Of a stretch of 64,000 bases of DNA, positions 9,201 to 18,282 are shown piece after piece. Source of the stretch: Abditibacterium sp. (GTDB taxonomy: Bacteria > Armatimonadota > Abditibacteriia > Abditibacteriales > Abditibacteriaceae); assembly GCA_965246885.1 (NCBI GenBank), contig OZ251992.1, forward strand, positions 672,001 through 736,000, written 5' to 3'. Position 1 is the first letter of the stretch. Each line of letters starts with the position of its first letter. The notes beneath the pieces were generated by a model that was given only the letters and a program-made list of their open reading frames with translations, did no database searches and was not told the DNA's origin. Position numbers and translations under genes: made by a program.

Positions 9201-12200
9201 GCGTGAGGCCATCGGCGGGAGCGCCGTTGCCGGGAAGCACGAGGGCGACTTGGCCCGCCGTGCCGGGAGCAACCACGCTCACTTTGACTTCGCCGCGCGC
9301 GTTGCCGAAGCTGTCGGTTTGGCTCGCGCGCAGTTCGTTGTCGCCCGCCTTGAGCCGCACGGCGATCCACTCCAAGCCCAGTATGCCGCGCGCGGCGTCT
9401 TCGGAGCGGGTGCCGATGCGCTTGCTCGACTGCTCCTCGCCGTTGACGAACAAGTGCACCGTCGCGCCGAGCGTGCCTTTGACGCGCACGTTCAAGGTGT
9501 CGGAGGCGAGCAACTTGCCCGCTTGCAGGTTGAGGATTTGCAGCTTGCCATCGGTCGCGCCTTGGATTTGCTGCTCCAATGTTTCGCCGGACGCGGGCAG
9601 AGCGGGGGCGACGGGTGAGGCGAAGTTGCCGTCGAGCGGCCCGTCGCTCGCGGTGCGGCGCGGCAGCGTATCAATGGCGGAGGGCGCGGAAACGGGCGTT
9701 TTGGCCCCGTCCCGTTCGGCGGAGATGGGCGACTCGTCCGCCGTCGTCCCGGAATCCATCGCGTCGTCCGGCGCGACGGCGACGGGCGTCGGCGCGACGG
9801 CGGCGGGCGTCTTGGATGGGGTGGCGGGCGTCTGGGGCGCGTTGGCGGAAGCGCCGGAGTTAATAACTCCCGACGCAAGGCCGGACTTGTTGAGGACGTC
9901 GGTCGAGCGCAGGATCTGCGGCGCGGCGGGCAAGGGCGAGCGCAAACGGGCGTCCAATTCGGGCACGGCGGGGTCGCCCGCTTTAATGCGGCGCGCGACT
10001 TCGGCGAGGGTGTCCTCGTCGGCATCCACGAGCGCGAAGTCCACTTTGCCCATCTCGCCGTTCTTGAGGTCGGCGAAAGCGGTCTTGCCTTTGCCGCCAT
10101 GCATGACGGTCAAGGATTCGAGCTTGGCCCCGGCGGGCAAGGTGGAAGTGTCTATCTTGACGATGTGGGTGAGGGGAAGCAGCCCATAGATGGAGTATTT
10201 GCCGTCGCGGTCAGTGACGGCGTAGTTGCCGTTTTCCAAAAAGATGCGCGCGCCGGGAACGGGCAATTCATCCTTGTCTTGGCGCGCGTTGTGGTTGGCA
10301 TCCACCCAGACTTTGCCGATGAGGATGGCGCGGGTGGTGAACACGCCGCCTTGGACGTTGACAACGGCAGTGGCTTCGTTGGAAGTAAAGTTGTCAACGG
10401 GCGTCGAAGCCGTCGCCCTCGCGCGGTTGACCGCGCGGCCCACGCTGGCTCCGGCGCCGATGCGGGTGCGGTAACGGATGGTGGTCTGGCTGTTGGCGGC
10501 CAAATCGCCCAAAGAGAAGACGAAAGCGTTGCTGGACAGGATGAGCGGGTCGGGAAGTGCGACTACGCCAGTAGCGGGCGGGATGGCGTCGCGGCGGGCG
10601 GTGCCGGGAACAAAGGTGAAGCCGCGCGCGGGCGTGTCGGTCACGGTCACGCGGGAAAGCGCGGCTCCTGACACGTTGTTGACGGTGAGGGCGTATTCGA
10701 CGGTGCCGCCGATTTCGGCGTCGCGCGCCAAGGCCGCTTTTTGCAAGAAGAGGCCGGTGCCTTGGCGCGCGTCGAGGGGAACATCAAGGCGCACGAAGCC
10801 AGTCGCGGGGACATTGAAAGTGCCGCCGTAGGAACCCGAAGCGTCTATGGCGCGGCCCGCAGGCAACAAGTTGGGCGCGAAACGGGAGGGCGCGGTGTAA
10901 CCGGTCGGGGGAACGATGACCAAGCGGTAAGCGCCGGGAGCAACGGCGGGGAATTGGAAGATGCCGTCGGCGCCAGTGACGACCGTTGAGGGGCGCGGCG
11001 TGACGCCGTCGAAGTCGAACACCTTGGCGGGCAGGCCCGTCGCGGCATCAACCAAGGAGACGCGCGCGCCCGCGACCGGGGCATTGGTGCGCGAATCGAA
11101 AACGACGCCGGACGGGTCAACGAGGATGTTCGTGACCGCTTCCGCCGTGCCGCACCCGCTAAGACGTGCCGTCAGCTGGTCGTTGGCTTGGACTTGCAAG
11201 ACGGAGTCGCCGGGGTTGGGCGCATCGCCCGAAGTCTTGACGGGGCTGTCCACGCGGAACACGCCGGTGTTGGCGCCGGTTTCAGTTGCGCCAACGGTGA
11301 TGGAGTCGCCGGTCTTCTTCGAGGCGATGGTGATTTGGACGTGCTCGGCGACGAGGGGGTCGTTGTTGCACGCGGAGTCCTCGCCTTGCAGATACAAGTT
11401 GCGCCCGACGCCGGTAACTGTTTGGGGGCGCGCGTAAGTGGGGTCGGTGTAGTAGGTGAGGGTGGGCGGGGCGAGGGGAACGCCCACTTGGACGGGGTTG
11501 GAAGGGGTGGAAACGTCCACGTCCACCGTTCCGCCGGTGGTGCCATCGGTCGAGTGCGTCCAAATGACGGCGGTGTTGTTGATGGTGCCCGACGCATTGC
11601 CGTTGATGCGCACGGAAAAGCTGCCGCGCAACGTGGCTTGAGGGGCGAAGGACGACACGCCCCATGCGACGGCGTCAACGGGGAGTTGGGGCGTGGAGGT
11701 GTAGCTTTGCAAGGAGTCGCCCGCGTGGTGATACATCACGACGGAGCCGACATCGGGCGTGCCAACGATCGAGACGAAGGTGGTGTTGGCGGGGATCGTG
11801 TCGCGGAGCACCACATAGGTTTGGGGAATGTTGTCTATGGCAACGGCGATGGGGTCGGGCGAAGCGGCGCCGTTCGAGGTGGCGGTGAGGGCGTAGGTGA
11901 GGATTTGGCCGCGCGTGGCTTGGGCGGGCGTGACGGACTTGGTCACGCTGACGGAGGAGCCGGACGAGACAACGACGCGGTCACTGTTTTGTGCGCTCAC
12001 GTTGGTCGAGGTGGAGCGGGCGGCGATAACGACGTTGGCGCCGCTTTCGGGGCGGGCGCTTGTGGGCACGGTGCCCAGAACGAGGAAATCGGCGGAGTCG
12101 CCGGGGTTCAAAGTGATGGAGTCGCCAAAGTTAAAGGGCGGCTCGCCCGCGTCGGCGATGCCGTTGGAGTTGGTGTCGCGCACCAAGGAAAGGCCGGTCA

Positions 12201-12570
12201 GGTCGTAGTCGTCGCTTGTTGCGTTGGTGACGGTGAGGGTGTAAGTAGAAACGACGTTGCCGGTGTTGGTGAGGCGGTGCGGAAGAGTAACCGATGCACC
12301 GGGGCGCGCGCGGCGGGTGTTGGGCTGCACCAAAGCGAGGGCCTCGACGGGCGAGACGAGCATTTGCACCGCGTTGGAACTGATGCGCTCGGTGCCACCC
12401 TGCGCGATGTAGGAAGCGTCCGCTTGGTTGCGAATGACAGCGCCCGCAGGCGGAGCGAGGGTTTGCGCATGGCTCGCGGGAGCGCAAACCCCGATGAGGA
12501 GGGCCAAGGCCGCCAACACCGGGCGCAAGGCGCGTGTGAAAGCGGGGCTGGATGATGGAATAAAAGACAT
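6286..12570 (-). CDS. Very large secreted DUF11-repeat protein with probable C-terminal outer-membrane beta-barrel region
   Basis: Signal peptide (..APASHA), several DUF11/Ig-like modules, DPSGVVFDS and IGKVWVDAN modules, YPVYGDSS motif, then a long run of amphipathic beta-strands ending GFYLRFRWKF. Confidence 0.8.
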   Translation of the reverse strand: MSFIPSSSPAFTRALRPVLAALALLIGVCAPASHAQTLAPPAGAVIRNQADASYIAQGGTERISSNAVQMLVSPVEALALVQPNTRRARPGASVTLPHRLTNTGNVVSTYTLTVTNATSDDYDLTGLSLVRDTNSNGIADAGEPPFNFGDSITLNPGDSADFLVLGTVPTSARPESGANVVIAARSTSTNVSAQNSDRVVVSSGSSVSVTKSVTPAQATRGQILTYALTATSNGAASPDPIAVAIDNIPQTYVVLRDTIPANTTFVSIVGTPDVGSVVMYHHAGDSLQSYTSTPQLPVDAVAWGVSSFAPQATLRGSFSVRINGNASGTINNTAVIWTHSTDGTTGGTVDVDVSTPSNPVQVGVPLAPPTLTYYTDPTYARPQTVTGVGRNLYLQGEDSACNNDPLVAEHVQITIASKKTGDSITVGATETGANTGVFRVDSPVKTSGDAPNPGDSVLQVQANDQLTARLSGCGTAEAVTNILVDPSGVVFDSRTNAPVAGARVSLVDAATGLPAKVFDFDGVTPRPSTVVTGADGIFQFPAVAPGAYRLVIVPPTGYTAPSRFAPNLLPAGRAIDASGSYGGTFNVPATGFVRLDVPLDARQGTGLFLQKAALARDAEIGGTVEYALTVNNVSGAALSRVTVTDTPARGFTFVPGTARRDAIPPATGVVALPDPLILSSNAFVFSLGDLAANSQTTIRYRTRIGAGASVGRAVNRARATASTPVDNFTSNEATAVVNVQGGVFTTRAILIGKVWVDANHNARQDKDELPVPGARIFLENGNYAVTDRDGKYSIYGLLPLTHIVKIDTSTLPAGAKLESLTVMHGGKGKTAFADLKNGEMGKVDFALVDADEDTLAEVARRIKAGDPAVPELDARLRSPLPAAPQILRSTDVLNKSGLASGVINSGASANAPQTPATPSKTPAAVAPTPVAVAPDDAMDSGTTADESPISAERDGAKTPVSAPSAIDTLPRRTASDGPLDGNFASPVAPALPASGETLEQQIQGATDGKLQILNLQAGKLLASDTLNVRVKGTLGATVHLFVNGEEQSSKRIGTRSEDAARGILGLEWIAVRLKAGDNELRASQTDSFGNARGEVKVSVVAPGTAGQVALVLPGNGAPADGLTPVIVGVKIFDANGNKVSARTFVTLETTAGRWNVPDLNPNEPGVQVAIEGGQATFQLLPPDVPARAVVRVSAGLIQSEGEIAFTPFLRPVLAAGILETQIGFGNKGGGIATSAFERTLNRIGSHNIGTRGAVYLKGSVAGKYLLSVRYDSQSDEEKRLFRDIQPDEFYPVYGDSSLKGFDAQSTSALYVRVDKDNSFALYGDFSSFAARSGASSDANSLSRYSRAFTGVQGHVENKSVSATTFFANESTSRRVVEFRGNGTSGPYSLNDPAIRAQSERVEIITRDRNNPGVTLSIREQARFSDYTLDGFVTGLLFRAPVPSFDENDNPVFIRVTYDVDAGGPKHSVYGGLLQGKISGNLQVGASFVRDNNPDNGGDLYGANAALRLDKNTVIIGEVAHTSGGTLNPGGAGAAVPRSGSAARAELRHDGKNLQVRAFVGQATTGFSNAESVLSNGRGEAGVRASLRVGRDTALSGEAIATKDLTTKTRTTGAQLSIEQGLGQDVRLAAGVRTGKGDQGAVAGGVGTNNVNFTSVFARLNARVPGAPKAGVFVRAEQTLHGGAKSLAVGGDYQLAARTKLYATHEFFQSPLSLYALGDTERRYNSRVGIETQYARGASLFSEYRINGGIDGRQAEAALGLRNTWNLGGGIGVNTSFESTKRLAALAVGVGQTVNTGTDGTAVSIALENLREDALKWTARAERRSGSGSTSTLLNAGFAYAPSRDLTFLGRGAYSQTGSGAGSVLLGSSNRQQTRFQFGAAYRPSRNDRWNALAKYEYRGGDDPDALAARLRRIVHILSGDVNYGTSRSLLAQLHLAAKRATDRDAFNTGTSAYLISGRLTRDFGRRTSASLLASSLWSSPGGRQTAFGLEGSYALTSDLLLSLGYNFENLTERDLLDQTLARGFYLRFRWKFDEDLFNGIGAFNKAPEVSRAKPFVPVENGGYGGGVTFDGGTTAALDGLTGTAGTYSAPRLGN

Positions 12571-12712
12571 CGAACCGATGGAAAAGTCAACGCGCGCCCG
12601 GACTGGGAGGAGACACAAAGCGCGCAAGCCCATAATTCAACATGTTGGCCCTTCTCTGGCGAAAGCGCTCAGAATGGGACGCGAGGAAGCCGATGCGGTA
12701 AACCTTGGCGTT

Positions 12713-13474
12713 ATGAACACCGCCCGCGTCGCCGCGCAGCTTTATACCGTCCGCGACTTTTGCCGCACCCCCGACGACATCGCCCGCTCCCTCGCAAAGG
12801 TGCGCGCCACCGGCTACGAAGCCGTCCAAACGTCGGGCCTTGGCCCCATCGAAGACGCCGCCCTGCGCCGTCTCGCCGACGACAACGGACTTTCCATCTG
12901 CGCCACCCACGAGAGCATCGGCGACATCCTCGACGCCCCCGAACGCGTCATCGAAAAGCTACGCGCCCTCGGTTGCCGCCACACCGCCATTGGCTTTCCG
13001 ACGGGCGTAGACTTGGGGAGCGCCGAGGGCGTCGCGGGCTTCTGCCGCCGCTTCGAGGCCGCCGCCGGGCACTTCGTCGCGGCGGGGATGACTGTTTCCC
13101 ACCACAACCACCACCACGAACTGCGCCGCGTCGCGGGCAAGACTGTCTTGGCGCACATCCTCGACGAGGCGCCAAGCGTCGGCCTCGAACTCGACACCTA
13201 CTGGGTGCAATACGGCGGCGGCTCGCCCGTCGCGTGGAACCGCCGCGCGGCGGGGCGCCTGCCGCTCTTGCACCTCAAGGACTACGCCGTTGGCGACGAC
13301 AACGTTCCCTGCTTTGCCGAGGTTGGAAGCGGCAACTTGGATTGGCCCGACATCCTCGCGTCCGCGCGCGAAGCGGGTTGCGAGTGGTTCATCGTCGAGC
13401 AGGACACCACCCCCGGCGACCCCTTCGATTCGTTGCGGGCTTCGTTCGAGTTCCTCGGCGCGTTGGACGCCTGA
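12713..13474 (+). CDS. Sugar phosphate isomerase/epimerase (xylose isomerase-like TIM barrel)
   Basis: AQLYTVR, HHNHHHE, LELDTYW, LHLKD, EVGSG, IVEQD motifs. Confidence 0.9.
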   Translation: MNTARVAAQLYTVRDFCRTPDDIARSLAKVRATGYEAVQTSGLGPIEDAALRRLADDNGLSICATHESIGDILDAPERVIEKLRALGCRHTAIGFPTGVDLGSAEGVAGFCRRFEAAAGHFVAAGMTVSHHNHHHELRRVAGKTVLAHILDEAPSVGLELDTYWVQYGGGSPVAWNRRAAGRLPLLHLKDYAVGDDNVPCFAEVGSGNLDWPDILASAREAGCEWFIVEQDTTPGDPFDSLRASFEFLGALDA

Positions 13475-13507
13475 GCCGCCAAGCGGAACAGCTTTAAACT
13501 GCGCCCC

Positions 13508-15106
13508 ATGAACCCTTGCGTTTTGGGCGTGGATGTCGGAACGGGAAGCGCGCGCGCCGCTTTGTTTGGCGCCGATGGAACACGGCTGGCGACCCACTCG
13601 CGCGCCATCCAAACGTGGCGCGACGGCGCCGACTTCGTCGAGCAATCGAGCGCCGACATCTGGGCCGCCATCTGCGAATGTTCCCGCGCGTGTTTGGCCG
13701 CAAGCGCAGTGGCGCCTGAAAGTGTCGTCGGCCTCTCCTTCGACGCCACTTGTTCCTTGGTGGTCTTGGACGCGGACGGCGGCCCGCTTCCCGTTGGCGC
13801 GCACGGCGACGCGGCGCGCGACATCATCGTGTGGATGGATCACCGCGCCCTCGCCGAAACCGACGAAATCAACGCGGGCGGCTATGACGTGCTCCGCTAT
13901 GTCGGCGGGAAATTGTCGCCGGAAATGCAAACGCCCAAGCTCCTCTGGCTGGAGCGCCACTTGCCCGCGACCTACAACGCCGCAGGATTCTTTTTTGACC
14001 TCGCCGACTTCCTGACCTGGCGCGCGAGCGGCAACCCGTCGCGCTCTTTGTGCACGCTTGTGTGCAAGTGGACGTTTCTGGGCCACGAGAACCGGTGGGA
14101 CGAGTCCTACTTCCGCGCCATCGGCTTGGAGGGCGCGCTCCCCAAAATCGGCTCGGACGTGCGCGTTCCCGGCGCCGATGTGGGCGCGCTCACCCCCGAC
14201 GCCGCGCGCGAACTGGGCCTCACCACCGCGTGCCGCGTCGGGCAAGGCGCCATAGATGCGCACGCGGGCGGATTGGGCTTGCTGGGGGGCGTTGGAAGTG
14301 AGCCGGAACTCTTGGAAACGGCGCTCGCGCTGATTGGCGGCACGAGCAACTGCCACATGGCCGTCTCGAAGAACGCCAAATTTATTCCCGGTGTGTGGGG
14401 GCCGTACTTTGGGGCGATGGTGCCGGGGATGTGGCTTCAAGAAGGCGGTCAGTCGGCGGCGGGCGCGGCCATAGACGCCGTTATCGCGGGTCACGCCGCC
14501 TCCCCCGCGCTCTTCGCGGACGCCGCCGCAAGCGGGCGCACCGTGTACGAACTGCTCAACGCCGAGTTAGAGGGCGCCAATTATTCCCCCTTGGATGGCC
14601 GCGATTTGCACGTTGTCCCCGACTTCTTGGGCAACCGCTCTCCCCGCGCCGACCCGCACGCGCGGGCGCAGTTCGACGGTTTGGCGCTCGACGCTTCGCG
14701 CCTCGACCTCGCCCGCCGCTACGCCGCAACCATCGAAGGCGTCGCGCTGGGCACCCGCGACATTCTGCGCGCCTTGGCCGAGGGCGGCTACCACATCGAA
14801 ACTGTCCTCGTCACCGGCGGCGGCACTAAGAACCCGCTCTGGCTTCAGATTCACGCCGACGCAACGGGCAAAACGCTCGTCCTGCCGCACGAGTCGGAGT
14901 CCGTCCTGCTCGGCGCGGGCATCCTCGCGGCAACGGCGGCGGGGCTGCACCCCGACATCTTCGCCGCCATGCGCGCCATGAGCCGCACCTCCGCCCGCGT
15001 GGAACCCCGCCCGCAACTGCGCGCCTTCTACGATGCCAAGTTCGCCGTCTTCCAAGGGATGATGGCGCAGCAACGCGCGCGGCGGGAGACGATGGCGCAG
15101 GTTTAG
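13508..15106 (+). CDS. FGGY-family pentulose/ribulose kinase
   Basis: GVDVGTGSARA, FDATCSLV, WMDHRA, SPEMQTPKLLWL, CTLVCKW, GTSNCHM, PDFLGNRSP. Confidence 0.93.
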   Translation: MNPCVLGVDVGTGSARAALFGADGTRLATHSRAIQTWRDGADFVEQSSADIWAAICECSRACLAASAVAPESVVGLSFDATCSLVVLDADGGPLPVGAHGDAARDIIVWMDHRALAETDEINAGGYDVLRYVGGKLSPEMQTPKLLWLERHLPATYNAAGFFFDLADFLTWRASGNPSRSLCTLVCKWTFLGHENRWDESYFRAIGLEGALPKIGSDVRVPGADVGALTPDAARELGLTTACRVGQGAIDAHAGGLGLLGGVGSEPELLETALALIGGTSNCHMAVSKNAKFIPGVWGPYFGAMVPGMWLQEGGQSAAGAAIDAVIAGHAASPALFADAAASGRTVYELLNAELEGANYSPLDGRDLHVVPDFLGNRSPRADPHARAQFDGLALDASRLDLARRYAATIEGVALGTRDILRALAEGGYHIETVLVTGGGTKNPLWLQIHADATGKTLVLPHESESVLLGAGILAATAAGLHPDIFAAMRAMSRTSARVEPRPQLRAFYDAKFAVFQGMMAQQRARRETMAQV

Positions 15107-15127
15107 ACCTCCTTCGTGCCAACCCCC

Positions 15128-15718
15128 ATGAAACCCTCTCTCAAACCCCTTGCCACCGCTCTTATCGCGGGCGGCGTCTTGCTGGCGGCGTGGCCCTTTG
15201 GCCAAACGCTGTATGGGCGCTGGAGTCAGCGCAGCCTCGCAGCGCAGTTTCAAAGCGAGGTAAAAGCGCCGTTCAAAGCCGCACCGAGGACGCAAGTTGT
15301 GGCGGTTCCGGCCCCAAAAGTCGCGCCTTGGCCGCTCACCAGAATCACGGCCTCGGACATTAACCTCGATGCTTACGTGGTGCAAGGCTGGGACGACGCG
15401 AGCTTGCGACGCGGGCCGGGGCACTACGAACGCTCGTCCCCACCCGGCGAAGGCAACTGCGTGGTCGCCGGACACCGCAACGTCTATGGCTCCCCGTTTG
15501 GGAACGTGGACAAACTGTATCCGGGGCAGAACATCGTGCTCTCGAACAAAAACGGCACCTACACCTACAGCGTGGACTCCATCGAAACCGCGTCGGCCAG
15601 CGATTGGCGCGTCACCCTTCCGCCCGCGCGCGGAGCGCGCCCCATTCTCACGCTTCTCACCTGCACCTTGCCGCACACCCCCAGCCGCGTCGTGGTGCGG
15701 GCGCTTTTGACGCAATAG
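15128..15718 (+). CDS. Sortase (class D/E-like)
   Basis: N-terminal TM anchor; catalytic His (VAGHRN), Cys (LTLLTC) and Arg (RVVVRA). Confidence 0.9.
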   Translation: MKPSLKPLATALIAGGVLLAAWPFGQTLYGRWSQRSLAAQFQSEVKAPFKAAPRTQVVAVPAPKVAPWPLTRITASDINLDAYVVQGWDDASLRRGPGHYERSSPPGEGNCVVAGHRNVYGSPFGNVDKLYPGQNIVLSNKNGTYTYSVDSIETASASDWRVTLPPARGARPILTLLTCTLPHTPSRVVVRALLTQ

Positions 15719-15720
15719 AA

Positions 15721-15790
15721 AAGCCGCCCTTTGAGGAGCGGCTTGTGCGGGGAGAGGTTTCCCCCCGTCGCGCTTACGAGCGCAACGGGG
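15721..15790. terminator. Hairpins between convergent genes (probable terminators)
   Basis: AAGCCGC..GCGGCTT and CCCCCGTCGCGCT-TACG-AGCGCAACGGGGG stems. Confidence 0.55.
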
Positions 15791-15815
15791 GAGTTTACAC
15801 GGTTTTCCGGCCCCC

Positions 15816-16934
15816 CTAAAATTCCCGGTCGGAGAACACGAGATATCCAATAAGGAGCAAAACGCCCACATACACCAAGCCGGAACTGCACGCTTTCCAG
15901 ATTTGCGCGAGGGGGATCATGGTGTCCGTCACCATGCTGGAGCGCACGTCAAAGCGATCCATGCGCGGGAGCGCAATGTAGAGAATTTTGACCACACCTT
16001 GCATGGCCCCCGATAGATTGTGAGTGGTGTCCGCGTGCCCTTTGGGAGCGTCTCCGGCACCGAGAGTGCTCCAATACGACGACATCTGGCCGCCGAAATA
16101 CGCGAGGAAGCAGAACGTAATCGCGGTGATAGGGCTAACGATAAGCGAAAGCAGCATCGAAAGCGATCCCAACACAACCAACTGCCCATAGTTGAGCACG
16201 AGCGACTTGAACAGCTGCAGCGTCTCAAAGCCAAGCGTCGCGTAGGGCGCGGTTGCGGTACCCGTCGTCCACGCTCCGCTCCCGTTTTGCTTGAGGTTGA
16301 ACAACACGAACGTCGCCAGAAAAACGCTGCCCAGCACCAGCATGCAAAACAAAAGCGTGAGACACAACCCCAAAAACTTGCCGACCAGAAACTCCAAGCG
16401 GTTGACGGGCTTGGAAAGGATCGTGAAAATTGTGCGCCGCTCGATTTCGGGCGGAACAAGCGTGACGCCCAGAAATATCGAAATCAGCACCGTCATGGCA
16501 ATGATGAAGCCGGTTCCAAAGTCTTGCAAGAAGCGCTGCTCCTCGCCCAACTGCACGAACGTTAGCGAGCCGGAGAACAGCAACACGAGAACGGAGAAGC
16601 CCAAAAAGCCGATGACCCAACGACGACGCAGCGCTTCCAGAAAGGTCGTGACAGCGATGGTTCCGGCTGTAGGGGTGGCGAGCCACGTCAACCCCGCGAG
16701 CACGATGAAGCCGAAGTAATCAATGGTTTCCCCGCCGCGCGGGTTGGACTGATCGAGCGTACGCCAGCCACTCTGGTGATAGAACAGCGCGAAAGCGACG
16801 ATGAGCAGAAGCACAAGGGCTTGCGCCGCGCGCCACGCGGCTGGCACGGGAAGCCCCTGCGTTTCCGACGAGGGCGCGCGCTTGGGTTGCGGTGCGCGCG
16901 CGACATTGGTAGGTAATGATGGATTGGCAGCCAT
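15816..16934 (-). CDS. ABC-2 type transporter permease
   Basis: TFLEALRRR, EIERRTIFTILSKPVNRLEFLVGKFLG; multiple TM helices. Confidence 0.85.
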   Translation of the reverse strand: MAANPSLPTNVARAPQPKRAPSSETQGLPVPAAWRAAQALVLLLIVAFALFYHQSGWRTLDQSNPRGGETIDYFGFIVLAGLTWLATPTAGTIAVTTFLEALRRRWVIGFLGFSVLVLLFSGSLTFVQLGEEQRFLQDFGTGFIIAMTVLISIFLGVTLVPPEIERRTIFTILSKPVNRLEFLVGKFLGLCLTLLFCMLVLGSVFLATFVLFNLKQNGSGAWTTGTATAPYATLGFETLQLFKSLVLNYGQLVVLGSLSMLLSLIVSPITAITFCFLAYFGGQMSSYWSTLGAGDAPKGHADTTHNLSGAMQGVVKILYIALPRMDRFDVRSSMVTDTMIPLAQIWKACSSGLVYVGVLLLIGYLVFSDREF

Positions 16935-17085
16935 AAAAATCGGTCTTCCAAAAGCGGAAGACAAAAAGGGAACACCCGCAGTTTGACGACTTTCGAGAGC
17001 CGCGTGCCGGAAAAAGTGCCAAAGAAGCGTGGCCCAAGGCGCGGGTTTAGCTCTATCGCGGGGCGTGTCACCCTTCAACACCTCT

Positions 17086-17565
17086 ATGGAGTCGCACTCC
17101 AAAGTCGCGGGCCATCCCCTGCACACCATTTTAGTCGCGTTTCCGCTTGGCCTGCTGAGCGCATCGCTGTTCTTTGATGCCAAGGCCAAAATCGGACATT
17201 CGCCCGACGACGCCAAGGTCGCGCGTGCCCTTATCGGCGGCGGCGTCTTGATGGGCCTACTCGCTGCCGCCGTTGGCCTTGTTGACTACCGCGCCATCCC
17301 GACGGGAACGCGCGCCAAAGCCATTGGCACCACGCACGCCTTGGGCAACGTGCTTGTCCTTTCGCTGTTCACGCTTTCATGGCTAAAACGGCGCCCCAAC
17401 GAAACCATGCCCGACAATTCTGCCCTCGCCCTGTCCGCCTTGGGCGGCGCGCTCGCGGGTTTGACCGGCTGGTTGGGAGGAGAACTCGTCTACCGCTTGG
17501 GCATCGGCGTTGACCCTGGCGCCAACCCCGACGCGCCTAATTCCCTTGTAAGCGGCAAAGCGTGA
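17086..17565 (+). CDS. DUF2231 membrane protein
   Basis: GHPLHTILVAFPLG...HALGN...GWLGGELVYRLGIGV. Confidence 0.85.
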   Translation: MESHSKVAGHPLHTILVAFPLGLLSASLFFDAKAKIGHSPDDAKVARALIGGGVLMGLLAAAVGLVDYRAIPTGTRAKAIGTTHALGNVLVLSLFTLSWLKRRPNETMPDNSALALSALGGALAGLTGWLGGELVYRLGIGVDPGANPDAPNSLVSGKA

Positions 17566-17601
17566 GGCTTAATTCTTCACTTCAACGGACTACAGGACTC
17601 A

Positions 17602-17726
17602 TTGGCGCGCGTAGTTCCGTCGAAGAATCGCTTCTGTTACCGGCGCAATTATACGCGCCACCGGAAGAATTGTATGCGCCACCGACGCAATGTACGCGCC
17701 GATGGTTGGCGCGTACAATTCATCGG
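17602..17726. repeat. 21-bp-period array with inverted terminal unit
   Basis: Units CCGGCGCAATTATACGCGCCA (17640), CCGGAAGAATTGTATGCGCCA (17661), CCGACGCAATGTACGCGCCGA (17682); inverted copy at 17707-17726. Confidence 0.8.
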
Positions 17727-17739
17727 TTCGCCGGGGCCG

Positions 17740-18249
17740 TTACTCCAAGGGTTTGCGCATCAGGACGTTGTTGGACTGGAACTCCAACCGTTCGTAAAGC
17801 TGCTGGGCGCGAGTATTATGCGTGGCAACGGCCAATCCGATGGCGCCGAAGCCGTGTTCGCGCGCGTGCTCCTCGGCGTGATGGATGAGTTTTTGCCCCA
17901 CGCCACAACCGCGATGTTCGGGAAGAACGGTGACGTTATAAATCCACGCTTCATACTCGCCCGTGATGTGGTTGCGGCGCGGCCCGAACCAAAGAAGCCC
18001 CATATTCTTCTCGGTGCGCGTGTCGAAAGCGATGAAGAAGAGGTGCCCTTCTTGCTCCAAGAGCATCTCGTGCGTTTCGAGCAGGCGCGCGCGTAGCTCC
18101 TCGCGGGCGATGTTGGCAAAGTCGGGCGGCAGGCTTTCGAGGGTCGTCTCCTCTTCGACGTGCAAGAAGAAGTCGGCGTCGTCGTCGGTGCCCAAACGAA
18201 TGGCCAACTCGTACTCGTCACACGGCGGGCGAAGCGGAGCTAAAGTCAT
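17740..18249 (-). CDS. GNAT family acetyltransferase
   Basis: VTVLPEHRGCGVG acetyl-CoA motif; NTRAQQLYERLEF. Confidence 0.9.
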   Translation of the reverse strand: MTLAPLRPPCDEYELAIRLGTDDDADFFLHVEEETTLESLPPDFANIAREELRARLLETHEMLLEQEGHLFFIAFDTRTEKNMGLLWFGPRRNHITGEYEAWIYNVTVLPEHRGCGVGQKLIHHAEEHAREHGFGAIGLAVATHNTRAQQLYERLEFQSNNVLMRKPLE

Positions 18250-18282
18250 GAGCAGCAGTTTGACGGGTGCGGCCCATCCGCT

